This document shows, piece by piece, positions 38,663 through 50,163 of a DNA stretch of 64,000 nt (its first letter is position 1; every line of letters begins with the position of its first letter). The stretch is from contig NW_005434630.1 of assembly GCF_000315625.1 (NCBI RefSeq), positions 310,001 through 374,000 on the forward strand. Reading direction: 5' to 3'. The position numbers and the translations under genes were made by a program. Source of the DNA: Guillardia theta CCMP2712. Lineage: Eukaryota; Protista; Cryptophyta. Below the pieces are notes generated by a model. That model was not told where the DNA came from. It did no database searches and was given only the letters and a program-made list of their open reading frames with translations.

Positions 38663-38801
38663 GTTGCGCATTGTGTCAAAGTTTCAGCAGTTGTAAATCA
38701 TAAAAATTGCAAGTTTCAACGTCTAAATGAATCAGCCGCAGTCCATGAGTAAGAATAGATCTAATTCTTGCTATCGAAAGCAATCCCAGCAAAGCAGTCT
38801 A

Positions 38802-39767
38802 TTACATCGTCAAGGCTGTTGGGATCGCCTCTCGCCCATGCGTTGTTCGTGCCGGTGTATCCTCGTCCTCCTCCAGGTCTTGCCCACAGGCTCTTCCTCC
38901 TGTCACAGCGAGACTCAGTCAGCCAGCCGACGTTCTGTCAGTTAGTCGTGGAACATCCGGGCCGAGTCAGATCTCACCTTCCATGGCGCGATTGCCAGCA
39001 TGTCCGAATGACGCCCCGCCAAAAGTCACTGTGGCGTTGGCCTCAGGCTGAGCCTCAGGCTGAGGTTCGTTCTGAGGGAGCGCTTGAGCCTCTTTCGGCG
39101 ATCCCATCACGCGAGATCCGCAGCACTCGACAAAAAACTTCTTCGGAACAAGACTGCAAGTGCCAAGAATGCAAAGAGATCGCTCGATACACGATACGAA
39201 GCCATGCTCCCCGGACATCCCCTCAAGCTCAGTCTTGTCTTCACAGATCAAAGGAAAGAACCTGAACGAGTTCAAGCAGAAAACTTTCCCCTCTTCACAA
39301 GGCTTCTCGAGACGGTCCTCGAACTTGTACCTCAAGCAGCAGCACTTACACGTGGAGTTGCACCCTGCCTCCTTTTCTTTCATACGCAAGAAGGCCCTCC
39401 GCCCGTCCAACCAACACACGCCGTCTGTGTCAAACGCGTCTTCAAGGAAACACTGATTCTGTCCATGGCGACAACAGCATTTGGATCTCGCATTGCAGAA
39501 CAGTCCATCCTTTTTCATAGCATGTCCTAGCTCGCAGTATCCTGCACGCTTGAGGCAAAGACACTTCTCGATCGACGTGGCGTACTGCTTGGCCTCCTGC
39601 AGCTCGTGCGATTGCTCCCAAGAGTCATATGGGGAAACCGCGATCCCTGCTAAGAACGTATGACACAGCCACCAGACATCCCAATCCGCGATTTCTTTGT
39701 GGTCTTGCTCCTGTTTTGATAGCAGGTCATCAGGATGATGGCATGCAACATGCCAAAGGAAACTCTC
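38802..39767. repeat. Inner inverted-repeat arm B'
   Basis: Reverse complement of 36772-37731. Confidence 0.97.
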
Positions 39768-39976
39768 GTTCAAAGCGCCTTCCATTCCTTCCACCAGCCT
39801 CCCAATCTTCTCCGATTCCTTCCTCTACTTTCTTTCGACAATTTGCTTCAAATTTCCTGGTTCTTCATGCATGTATGGTACGATCACAAGATAGTCACAT
39901 CGTCACTCTGTTCTTTCTTTCCCTCTTCCCTTGTCTTTTCCTTCCATTCGCACATTCACCTCTTACTTACCGCCAT
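38967..39976 (-). CDS. Cys-rich repeat protein B, copy 2 (~249 aa; intron 39711-39970)
   Basis: Same structure as copy 1; differs in C-terminal patches and an 8-aa PQPEAQPE insertion. Confidence 0.8.
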
Positions 39977-40419
39977 GGCTCCAAAAAAACCAGCTGGATC
40001 TGCGATCACCCTACCCCCCATTTCATCAGCACCCCACCCCAGAAATTCGCTTCTTGACCTTTTTTTTTTGGTTCGAAATAAGACCCCCAACCTCCTCACT
40101 TACTTGAGGAATGACGGGTACTCAGTGGATTTTAAATTGGCTCGAGGAGTCAGCTGGGCAAAGGGGTGGGTATTGTTTACTTTCACGAAAGGGGTGGGTA
40201 CCGATTTCAGCGGGTGGTAGGGGTGGCCAAGCGGGAACAATACCTGTAAGTAGGTCGTAATTCACTTTCAGCACCTCGATGTCTGAAATCGGATGAAGTA
40301 GGGGTGGTAAAGGCCTAATGGCGGAAGGGGATAGAGGGGTAGGGGTTATCTGATTGCATTAATTAGAGGGGTGGGTTACATGGCTACAACGCGGAGCGTG
40401 CTACTTTCTGACACAAGGG

Positions 40420-41757
40420 GGGTGGGGGTAGTGGGAGCGAGCTGGATCGGAACCTCCGGATGGCCAAGGCGAACACGGTGAGGGCATGAGAGGAAGGAAA
40501 GAGCGCGGGGATGAGAGCAGGATGAAGCAGCGAAGCGACGAGAGAGATCGTGATCCCCAGATATGAGAGAGCCCAGGAGGAGAGTGAGTGCGTGTAGACG
40601 CCTAGAGAACAGTACAGCAAAAACGAGAAAGCGAGGAGAGTAAGACCGAGAAAGCAAGAGAACGCTTGGGTGTTGATTGCACCAAGGCAGTACAAGGAAG
40701 AGCTCGACGAACGCTGCATCACTCTTTCTTTGAGCATAGATCAGACCTACTCCATGACCTGTAGATGTACCATTCCTCAACTGATGTGAAGACCTTGGCA
40801 GAGCTTTTCCGTTCTCAAGAACCCTGCGGACTGGAAGACCGACTGGCTTTGCTACTTGCTGTGCGATGGATGCGCATACGTACCTTACGACTCATGGGAG
40901 AAGGGAGAGGATAACTCTGTTGCATGCTGGAACTGTCAAGATAGGCAATGCCCGTATTGCTGCTGTGTAAGATACAACACTTGGGCGTTGGGGCCATTCT
41001 TGGGAGATGGTGGGCTCTGCTGCAAGAACCTGGGGAAGTTCTGTTGTACAACAAGTGAAGGCGCATGCTACTGCGAGAAACTCTGTGCAGACGACGGATC
41101 GTATTGCATCGACGATCGTACCTGTTTCTTGAGGAAAGAGCGCGGGGAGGTCGGGCAAGGCTCTGCGGGAAAGTGCTGCTGCGCACGATATCAGAGCGAA
41201 TGCAGGCTGGAGTTTCCCTTGGACGACGACCAGATCTGCTGGAAGAACAATGGAAAGTGTCTGTGCTGCTATGGCACCGATGAATGTCAATGTCAGAAAA
41301 TCGACTCGGCTGTAGGAATCCTCGCCTGCTCCGACCGCTTCTTATGTTTATTGTGCTCTTGTTTCTTGTGCCCGGAGAGAATGTTCATCGAGCTTCTCAG
41401 CAAGCGATATTGGGGAGAGGCCAAGAACGCAGCGAGTGAGAGCGTCGAGCCGCTCGCGGCGTCCAACTTCGGAAACAACCAATCCACAGGTGAAGAGCCT
41501 TGCGACTGGCGGTAGCGGGGGAGAGCTGATATGGTGCAGGAGCTGAGCAAGCTGAGGCTGCCTGTGGAGGCAAGGACGAGGTGCCGCTCGCACTGATGAT
41601 GTAGGACGAGAGCCCGGCAGCTCGAGCAAGGACGCGGCTTGCTGCGATACATGAAACGATTCTACACGAATGAGAAGGCAGGTCTTCTGGTTGCCGAGAC
41701 AGGAGCTGCGTGCCGCGTGTTGGAGCCATTAAGCTAGCGGCATATGATCAAGCCTTG
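40420..41757. repeat. Outer inverted-repeat arm A'
   Basis: Reverse complement of 35021-36367. Confidence 0.97.
40460..41515 (+). CDS. Cys-rich repeat protein A, copy 2 (exon 1 40460-40477, exon 2 40802-41515)
   Basis: The 219-aa ORF-track translation is identical to copy 1. Confidence 0.8.
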
Positions 41758-42033
41758 AACTTAGGAGAGAAGTTGTCTGCGAAACCCATACCAAGGAAAG
41801 TTTTTCCAATTACCATCATATTTTGCGAATGCATCTCACTCGAAAACTTCGCTCAGTGTTTCCCTATTGACCCCTTTAAATATCCACACTGTAGCTGACG
41901 AGGTCCTGATACCGTCAATAACCAATTCACAATTGACAGAAAGAAATACTCGTACAGTGAATTAAATGTTTCACAAACAACATGAGTTTCGGGGGGGTTT
42001 ATTGAAGATGACATGTACACAGCCAGATCTTCA

Positions 42034-43177
42034 TCATTTCTTTTTGGCTGGAGTTTTCTTGGCTGTTGGCTTTTTCGCTGCTCCTTTTTTTGCTGAGCTT
42101 CCTTTGGGTTTTGGCTTAGACTTTTGCTTGGGCTTCTTCTCCTTTCCTGCTGCCTCTGATTTTGCTTTCTTTCCCTACAGACAAGTAAGTTTTGTTGTGA
42201 CCTTTGTTTGCTACTGAAGAAAGAGAGACCTTCGGCTTCACTTCATCGTCGTCAAATTCGTTGTCATCCTCATCGGAAAGCTCAAGGTCGATGTTGTCGT
42301 CATGTGGGTTCGCGATGGGATGGACCTGCACACAGCAATCAAGTTCTGCGACATCAAGGAAAGTGGGAGGTGCAAACTGGTACCTTCACGAAATCGTTCA
42401 TCACCTAAGAGTGCCAAGAATCATGAGCATGCATCGTATTCACATCATGGCATGTTACCGACTCGATTTTGACTTCGGTAGCGCCCATATCCATGACCAT
42501 CATCGTACAGCAGGGGAGGATGGATCCTTCATAGAGCTGATAGAAGCCTCAGATGTGTTCATAATACACAAAGCAATGTGCACCTGCCCTTTCAGATCAA
42601 GTTCCATGCTTCTTTCCCCAGTCTTGATGGTTCCAATGACTCCAGAATCACCCTCGAAATCCAAGTTTTGGTCCTCGCACTGAACCACGAACATATTCTT
42701 GCAAACCCTTTTGATGTTTGGTACAAGAACAGGCACAGATTTGCTGAATCTGATCTTCGAGGTTTCAATCTTAGCTGTACCGGTCTTGACGTCACTCGTT
42801 TTCTCGTCTGCTTCCTCTGCAACAATCTTGTTTTGCAGAGACGAGGCTGCCTTTGCTGGACTTTTCTTGGCTGGCGATGATTCAGTCTTGAGCATCATCT
42901 TCTTGAATTCAGGACTCGCGTGTTTCTGCATCATCATCAAGAAGCGCTCTTCATCATCTTCTTCTTCTGGGGAGTCGTCCTTCACTTTCTTGGGACTTGC
43001 CTTCACCGTGCCTGGCGACTTTTCCTTGGTGGGCGTGACTCGTTTTCTGTTCGAGGGGGTCTCCTCCTCCTCGTTGCTCTCGTCGCTATCAAGGTTATAC
43101 ACGATCTTCTTCTCGTCTCCCCCTCTCCTGCGCTTCTCCACGTCGACCAGCGGCTCGTCGTCGGACGACTCGGCCAT
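42034..43177 (-). CDS. BIN4: BIN4/MIDGET-like topoisomerase VI accessory protein
   Basis: VPVLVP..FVVQCEDQNLDFEGDSGVIG..MELDLKG..LYEGSILPCCTMMVMDMGATEVKIESVMNDFV parallels the plant BIN4 core (LPLVL..LVECEG..DLSGDMGAVG..LDLKG..Y...I.P....VV..GQTEAKIEAIMNDFI); acidic then Lys-rich tail. Confidence 0.85.
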
Positions 43178-43873
43178 GGTCTGTTGAGGAGTGGATGGCG
43201 GGAAACTGGCAGGAAAGGCTAGCTCGTGTGCCCGGCCTCGCCCGAGCCTCCGGTGGAAAATTTGAGATTGTTTCAAACTCATTATTTTGTACCCTAACTC
43301 AAAACTTGCCCGATTGTCCATTTAGTGATCCCTCCTCGCAAAACTGTTCCATGCGATGAAGATATTCTTCAGTAATTTTGGAATTTTCAGAGTAATTTTC
43401 AAAATGTTTCTGTCATCCAATCTGAAACTTACAATGGATGGAGTAGGTCGTATCGAAATGGTGGGGTCAACCACTCTGAAGTAGGGGTGATTCTGGTATC
43501 ATCTAAGTGGGTAGGGGTAAAATCAAAGTTGATCGGAGGAGGGGTGGGGTGGGGCTGGCCGGTGGACCACCAAAACTAGGACTTGTCAGGGGTGGGTGAA
43601 GAAAGAGTAACATGGGGTAGTCAGAGTAGGGGTATTCTTCATAGCAACATTTCGACAAACAGCAGGGGTGTGACGCTTGAAAGATTGGGTAGGGGTGGGT
43701 ATTTGAATGCTGAACAAGGAGGATGGGTGGGGTAGAGCGTGAGTGAAGACTAGGGACCTCAAAGTTGAATGGCAGCAACGAAGAATGAAGGGGTCAAGGT
43801 AAGGGAGAGGAAGGCGGGAGGGGACGATGGAGAGGCAGAGGATCAAGACAGTGAACGAAGAAGATGTGAAGGG

Positions 43874-46800
43874 ATGGTTAGACAGAACGAACGATGCACA
43901 GAAGATGATGCAATCAGCTCAAGTGGAACGCGAGATGGGTCTTAATTGGGAGCCATGTCACTGAATAGTCAGAAAGCTGTTGAGAAAAATGTTTACGCTG
44001 TGTGTCGTTCCCTTCTAGCTCCAGAAACAGAATGATTGAGTGGTCTCAAAGTGAGAACTGAAGTTGTTGCTATACATTTTTGAGACTCTGGAATGAATTG
44101 CTCGATTTGTACTTCGAGATCTACTATGTAGAAGCGATTGAGGGAGAAGGTTGAAAGATAGGTTCTGTGATACGATCGTAGCTCGAGAATGATCCTAAAG
44201 AATTTTATCACAATCATCGAAACTGAATTCTTTCCCGTTTTCAGCAGACTGTCATTACGCACCAGAGCGGCTGCTCGTGGATTCTTGAAGAGTGGAGTTG
44301 ATGCTGAAGTCAAGGTACAGTAATGCTGTACCATCACCTTCTTCGTTCTATACCGCTCCTTGTACTTCCTTTTGCTGCTGCTGCTGCTGCTGCTGCTAGT
44401 CCTTATCATCCCTTCATTGATGTTGTTGCTCTTCCTCCAATATGCTGCTGGTCGTTGATGAGGTGTATCCATTGACTGTCCATCCAGAAAATCATCAGCC
44501 TCTTCAGGACTCTGACAGGTTTCCAAAGTCTCAACGTCATCTTCGCTATCGTTGGCCTTATCTTCGGCATCCGTGCCAACGAGCTCTGCACCAGGGGATA
44601 TCAACCGACAGAGGAGGAGATCGCGGACGGCTACCCTGATCCGTTCAGCAAGGATCCTTTAGGTTCTGAGTGCCAAGATGTGTATCTCGTCAAGACTGGT
44701 TGTACGATTTTCACAGTTTTTCTTCTCATATGCATGGTTTGGCAATTCCGATATCGGCTGGTCATCTCGAAGTTGAAACATAGCGCCCAGTCAATGCACG
44801 CTCAAGGGGAGTCGATTCGCTTCAACCGCGAGACAAGTGATAGGGAAGAAAGAGTGACGACGATGAACAGGCTTTTGAACTTCTGCGGTCTACATTGGAG
44901 GCTCCTCATATCTTTCGTTTTTGAGTTTGTGGCATGCATGATTCATCCCATTTCCGGGATATCAAGAGATTACAGGAATGAAATGATGGGGAGAGTGGTA
45001 TACTACAGGTTCGAAGCTGTTTGCGTCTCGGTTATGTTCATCCGGCTTTTTCATTTCCTGCGTCTCCTCTCATATTGGCTACAGTATTCGACGTACAAGA
45101 GGTACCTTACAGAAACGTGTGAGAACAAGGGGATGGTTTTCCTCCTCTTGCACGATCCCTCCATCCACCCCGGCTTGTTCATGTTCAAGGAGAACGCGGC
45201 GCAGAACCCTGAGCTATACCTTACTTCGTTCCTTTTCGTTGCAATCTTCTGTGGAGGCTACCTCATTCGCATTGCCGAGGTTGCTGCCAGCCTGGCTCAT
45301 GCAGCGTACGCATGGAACAATTTCTGGCTCGCCCTTCTTGCAATGACTACCTCATACTACGGCGACCTTGCTCCCATCACGCATTATGGAAGGTAGGCAG
45401 GCAGTCCCGTGCAGAAGGTCCTTCCCTGCTGATCCTTGCCCTCTGCAGGTTGATTTGTGCCATTCTGATGATGATCGGGCCGCTTCTTCTTCTTTATTGC
45501 ATTCAATTCCCCTTGGGGTTCTTGGGGAAGACCGAGCAAGAGCAGCGGGTGAAGAAGAGAATCGATGCGGAGATGATGAAGACGGCTCTGAGGACAGCTG
45601 CGGCTCGAGTGCTTCAGTTTCGATACAGGCAAGTGCACCTTCCAATGTTTGCTGGTGAAAGTCTCCATATTGCAACGTGGAAGGACGAGCATTCCTTTGT
45701 TCCATGATCTCTTTGAAGTGGAATTCTTACATCTTCTTTGCAGAGTCAGCCGAGGAAAATTGATAACATCAGGGGGGAGGCGAATTCTAACCCAAAAGCA
45801 GCTCAATGAGCACCAGTCAGCACTGCTTTTGGACCTAAAGAAAGCATCTAATCTCATGATCGACCACCAGTGGATATTCCCTCACTCAGACACGGTAAGA
45901 CTTCCGGAGCAAGGTGTTGGTTTGATTCTTCCTAGCAGAGGCACAAAATGAAAGAGAAGGAACGAGAGAAGCAGGTCCAAACTAAGAAATCAAGGGAGGA
46001 GATGAGCTCTGTCGAGCATCAAAGTCCCTTGTCAAGGTGCACGACGTGCAAGGACTGTCTGTCGATCTTCCACGAGATGAAATTTCTATTCCAAGACATC
46101 AAAGTGATTGGACGATTCTTGCTGATGTTCCTGTTCCATTGAAACATCAACTGCAGGAGGAAAACCGCGAGTCAGTCTCAGAGATCAGGGCACAGATGAC
46201 GGAGTTGAGGAATATGATGATGGAAACGAGGGACAAGGAGACTGATCTCCATGTGAGATTGCGATTGCGATGATTGTAAGTCCTCACTGAAGGACATGCA
46301 GCCAAAGGTATCGGAGGTTCATGTGCAGGACAACACACAGTGGTTGGAGCGAAAAGCTTCTTCCTCTTCGTACAAGAGCACCCTTGAGAAGTTCGAGGCT
46401 CTTGTTCCTTCCTTCGATAGCCTTGAAAAGCCATCTCGCAAGAACGACAAGGAGCCAGGTGGAGAAGCTGCATGCGGTAAAAGCTACCTCTGACTCACTC
46501 GCTACAGTGACGATAAGGAGGGAGGGAGTTGGGATCACGCTGACTGGGTATGAGATCTCCGAAGAAGAATGTGTCGCGATTTTCAACCAGCTGGATGCGT
46601 ACAAGCATGGAGTGAGAGGATGATCGTACGATCTCATAAGGAGCTGACATTTGCCCCAGCGCTTGACCAAGGATCAGGTGGAGCAAGGATTAATTGCGAT
46701 CCCCGAACTGAAGAAGAGGCTTGGAGACATCACATGCATGTTCACTGATAAGAATGGGGATGGGTACTATCCCTGCTTCTTCTTCGCGCATCTCAATCAA

Positions 46801-47659
46801 CTTTCAGGATCTCTGTCAATGACTTCATGGCCTTCTGTGGGCTTGCCAAGTTGTCGGACAAAAAGAAGGAGAAACGAACGTCCTCGGGTACTTCAGACTC
46901 GTCCTCCTCTGCTTTCCGTAAGGCCCTTGCCTTCCTCCGCCACTGCCTTCTCATCTCTCCGCAGGCCTTCCCCAGCGACGCTCAGACGACGAGCGGAAGA
47001 GAGGGCAGCTAACGGAGAGGAGTCGATCAATGTCACATGCCTTCTCCTCCAAGAACGACTCTCCCACCCTTACAGGCAGCAACTTGTTCCCGAGGCTGGA
47101 CCTTCAGAGGGTCCGATCCTCCGACCCGGCACAGGCCACTCCGCGCTCTCGTCCTGGATCTCGACCCATCGAGCCGACGCCGAGGTACTCCGACGGGACG
47201 AGAAGCATTGCTGGGTTGCAGGAAATCAACTACTCGGGGAAGAGACGAGTAAGCCAGGAGGGAGCAAGGAGACTCCTTAGACTAATCCCTTCCTCCCTCG
47301 CAGTCGGCGGAGGATCGGACGTCTCCTACTTCCCCTAGGGGCAGAAGCGATCCTCCGCTAAACTATCGGCCGCTGCACACGTGGGATGCCAAGGCAGCGT
47401 CGATGGCTGAGAAAGACAAGACCTCCCAGGTGAGCCAGTAGAACATGCACAGAGGATGGTGATGAGAGGGAGGGCTGGAGGTGAAGTCTCAGCTGGGCTG
47501 GAGGTGAAGTCTCAGCTGGGCTCTGATCGGTCTTTTCGTCAGATCACTGGGAACTTGACGTACGTGGGGGATGAGGTTGAGCAGAACGCGATTCCTCCAA
47601 AGTTCAGCCTCCGAGAGGTCACGCCTGAGATCATCCATATGAGGTTGACTTGGCGATGA
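43874..47659 (+). CDS. SK/KCNN-like 6TM cation channel with a CaM-binding-like helix, coiled coil and EF-hand pair (start approximate)
   Basis: NVIFAIVGLIFGIRANEL, EFVACMIHP, MFIRLFHFLR, GYLIRIAE, NNFWLALLAMTTSYYGDLAPITHYGRLIC, AAARVLQFRYR; later IFNQLDAYKHGRLTKDQV and FTDKNGDG. Confidence 0.85.
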
Positions 47660-47717
47660 CGATAGCGACGATGATGATGATAACGATAGGAGTGGTGGTG
47701 GTGGTGATAATGATGAT

Positions 47718-49573
47718 CTAGAAGATAGGGGTGGTGGTGGTGGTGATGTTGTTGGTGATGATGATGCCGATGCTGCTAATGATGATGATGTAGAGGAGAA
47801 GAAACGAAATGACCGCTCTCGTGCTAGGAGGGACAATTTCCACACCGGGCACGGCGGTAAATTGACGCCGCGCACTCCAAGGATGAGAGACGTGGATGAG
47901 AAGCTGCTTCTGGACAGCGACTGAGGCGACTGAGGGCGAGTAGCGAGAGGTGGGGCCGAAAATATGGGAGGAGGGAGGGGCGGGAGGAGGGGGGGGCAGG
48001 AGGAGGGAGAGGCAGGATGAAGCCCTCTTTAAAGCTATTCGAATCTCCTCTTCCCCCAGCGGTTGTGAGACCTTGCAATTGATGAGATACGCTTGTTCGA
48101 TCAGCAACCTTCACCTTTCTGAGGATGATCTCGTGTGCTCTCCTTTCCAGCTCCAGCTCCTTCTGCAGATCCTGCACCTTCAAAGAAACAGGAGTGAGGG
48201 CGACGAGCCTCGGAAAGGGGAAGAAGAAGAAGATGTCGATAATGATGTATGGGGAAGAAGAGGAGGAGGGTGACGTTGGTGATGATGATGGAGGGAAACC
48301 TGCAGGATTCTTTCCTCCTCCACTTGCCAGACCTCCTCCATCATCTGCGCTTTCATCTCTGCAAGCCTGCGACGAACTTATGCGCTGAAAGATGACAGGC
48401 AGAAAAGGAGATGGAGGTGGTAGAGGAGATGGAGGTGTAGAGGAGATGAAGATAGCGGAGATAGCAGTGCGAGAGGAAACCTCTTCTCCGACGCCTTCCT
48501 CTCTTCCCTACGGATAGCTTGTACGTGAGCCTAGACGAGCGATGAGGAGCTCGGGAACGACAAACGTCCTCTTGTACCTGCACATCTGCATGCGCTCCTG
48601 CTGCCATCTTCACTCCCTGGGCTTGCGCGTCGGACACCAAGAGCTCTAGGGAGCGGATGCGACGCCTGCTGGTCTCAAGGAGAGCATCAGCATGGATCTT
48701 CGCTGCCTGTGCAAATGTCACGAGTGTACACAATGAAGAGGAGAAGGGAGGGAGGGAGGGAGGGAGGGAGGGAGGGAGAGCTGAAGAAGGAAGACGAGAA
48801 GTGAGGAATGCTGAGGAGCAGAGGATCAATGACAGGGGGAGCAGATCCCCTCACCTGGTGCTCCTTCTCCTTCTTAGACGCTGAGCGCAACAAGTTTCAG
48901 GAAAGGCATCTCCTTCCCTCACAGCCTCACCTTGCTCCAGCTCACGGCGAAGTCTCAGGATGATCGTGTCCTGCAAGCACTGAGAAGAGGAGGAGGAGGG
49001 TCGGTGCATGTTGACCTTGGCGTTGACTCGCCATCTCGAGAACACTGTGGATTTCAAACTCAGTCGCCGCTCTTGATCATGCTTCCTCTCCCAGTAGTTG
49101 GAGATGCGAGTTGCTTGCTCCTGCTTGTTTCTCTCCTCGTTCTGCCAAGGTATCACTCGCGTCTCTCCACGATCCGCTTGTCACCTGCAGCAAGACAAGG
49201 CATCGCTCCAAATCTCGACAATGTCGACGTGCGTCCACCAGCATCGTCGCGACTTCTCCCTCCCTACATCGACCGAGCGCGCCATTGGTCGCATTCAACG
49301 TCTGCAGGAGAGTGAGGGCCTGGGAGGATGCAACAGCTCACGCACCAGGAGCAGGCTCTTCCTCGCTTCCTCCACAACTTCCCCTCGGATTCTTCCTGCT
49401 TCTGAGCAGGTTGATCCTCCTCCTCCCTGTCCTTCGTCCACTCGGCCTACCTTACGGGCGTCACCAGAATCTCCTCCTCTCCCTCCCCCCCATGCATGGC
49501 CGTCTCGTGCCGTCGCGTTCTTCTTCTTCTCGTATGCCTCGGCATCGCGAAGCTCTAACCGCATGTCCAGCAT
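47718..49573 (-). CDS. Hypothetical multi-exon coiled-coil protein (3' end uncertain)
   Basis: Exons SLKSTVFSRWR, LLETSRRRIRSLELLVSDAQAQ, VQDLQKELELERRAHEIILRK. Confidence 0.5.
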
Positions 49574-49705
49574 CGCCAAAATCCACCAGCCTCAACGGAA
49601 ATATCAAAAAAAGAAAAACGTCTAACCTTTTTTAGTTAGCCTTTTAGAGACCCGGCTGGCCCGCCGGGCTCGGCCCGGCCCGGCCCTGTTGAGACTGGTG
49701 ACGGA

Positions 49706-50016
49706 GCACAAGTTTGTTAGACTTGTACTGTGCCAAAGCCATGCAGACATCATATCGACTTTGAGTAAAATCGACCTCAGTTGTAACAAGACAGTTTTCG
49801 CTCTCAAGACCGAGTTTAATGCACACGAAAAACAGAATTGAGGAGCCGCATGACATGATAGATAGACTGTATGCTTGGATGTGATACCCAACTTGCAAGC
49901 ATCCAGGCATGAGAAGACCGTAGTAAGACGAGTAGGAAGATCTCCTGTTCGTCACCGTACTACATTGCCGCCTTGAAACGCGTAAGGGTCGTCTTGGTTT
50001 GCAGGAGAGTTTTTTT
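49706..50016 (+). ncRNA. Candidate structured non-coding RNA of unknown class
   Basis: Several 7-12-bp stems containing G-U pairs on the plus strand, a possible 5'/3' closing stem and a T7 tract at 50010-50016. Confidence 0.4.
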
Positions 50017-50163
50017 AACTCGGGGCTATCTGACTGGCACGGCTGGCATGCGACCTGGGCCCGGCCCATGACTCAGTGACTGGACCACTCACTAGAGCGA
50101 TAGATGTGATGTACTATGTGAAGTCATCGATCTCGACAAACAGCTTATCGGAATCAACCAGGA

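Noticed and set aside
35021-41757. Palindrome as a TIR DNA transposon (e.g. Foldback or Polinton)
   Set aside because: The arms consist of host-like intron-containing genes, no transposase or integrase is seen, and the flanks (..tagcta / aactta..) show no target-site duplication
35021-41757. Palindrome as a simple fold-back assembly artefact
   Set aside because: The arms differ by SNPs, 9-, 12- and 24-bp indels and non-alignable spacers of different length, which a chimeric read would not produce; haplotype misjoining still needs long-read exclusion
43993-44604. 203-aa minus-strand ORF
   Set aside because: Overlaps the 5' exons of the plus-strand channel gene, has a non-ATG start and shows no recognisable domain
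49621-50035. Telomerase RNA or RNase MRP identity for the structured segment
   Set aside because: No CCCTAA(A)-type template is present. The GGGGCT (CR-V-like) word lies after the T7 tract and has no upstream GARAGUCCCC partner. Class left unassigned
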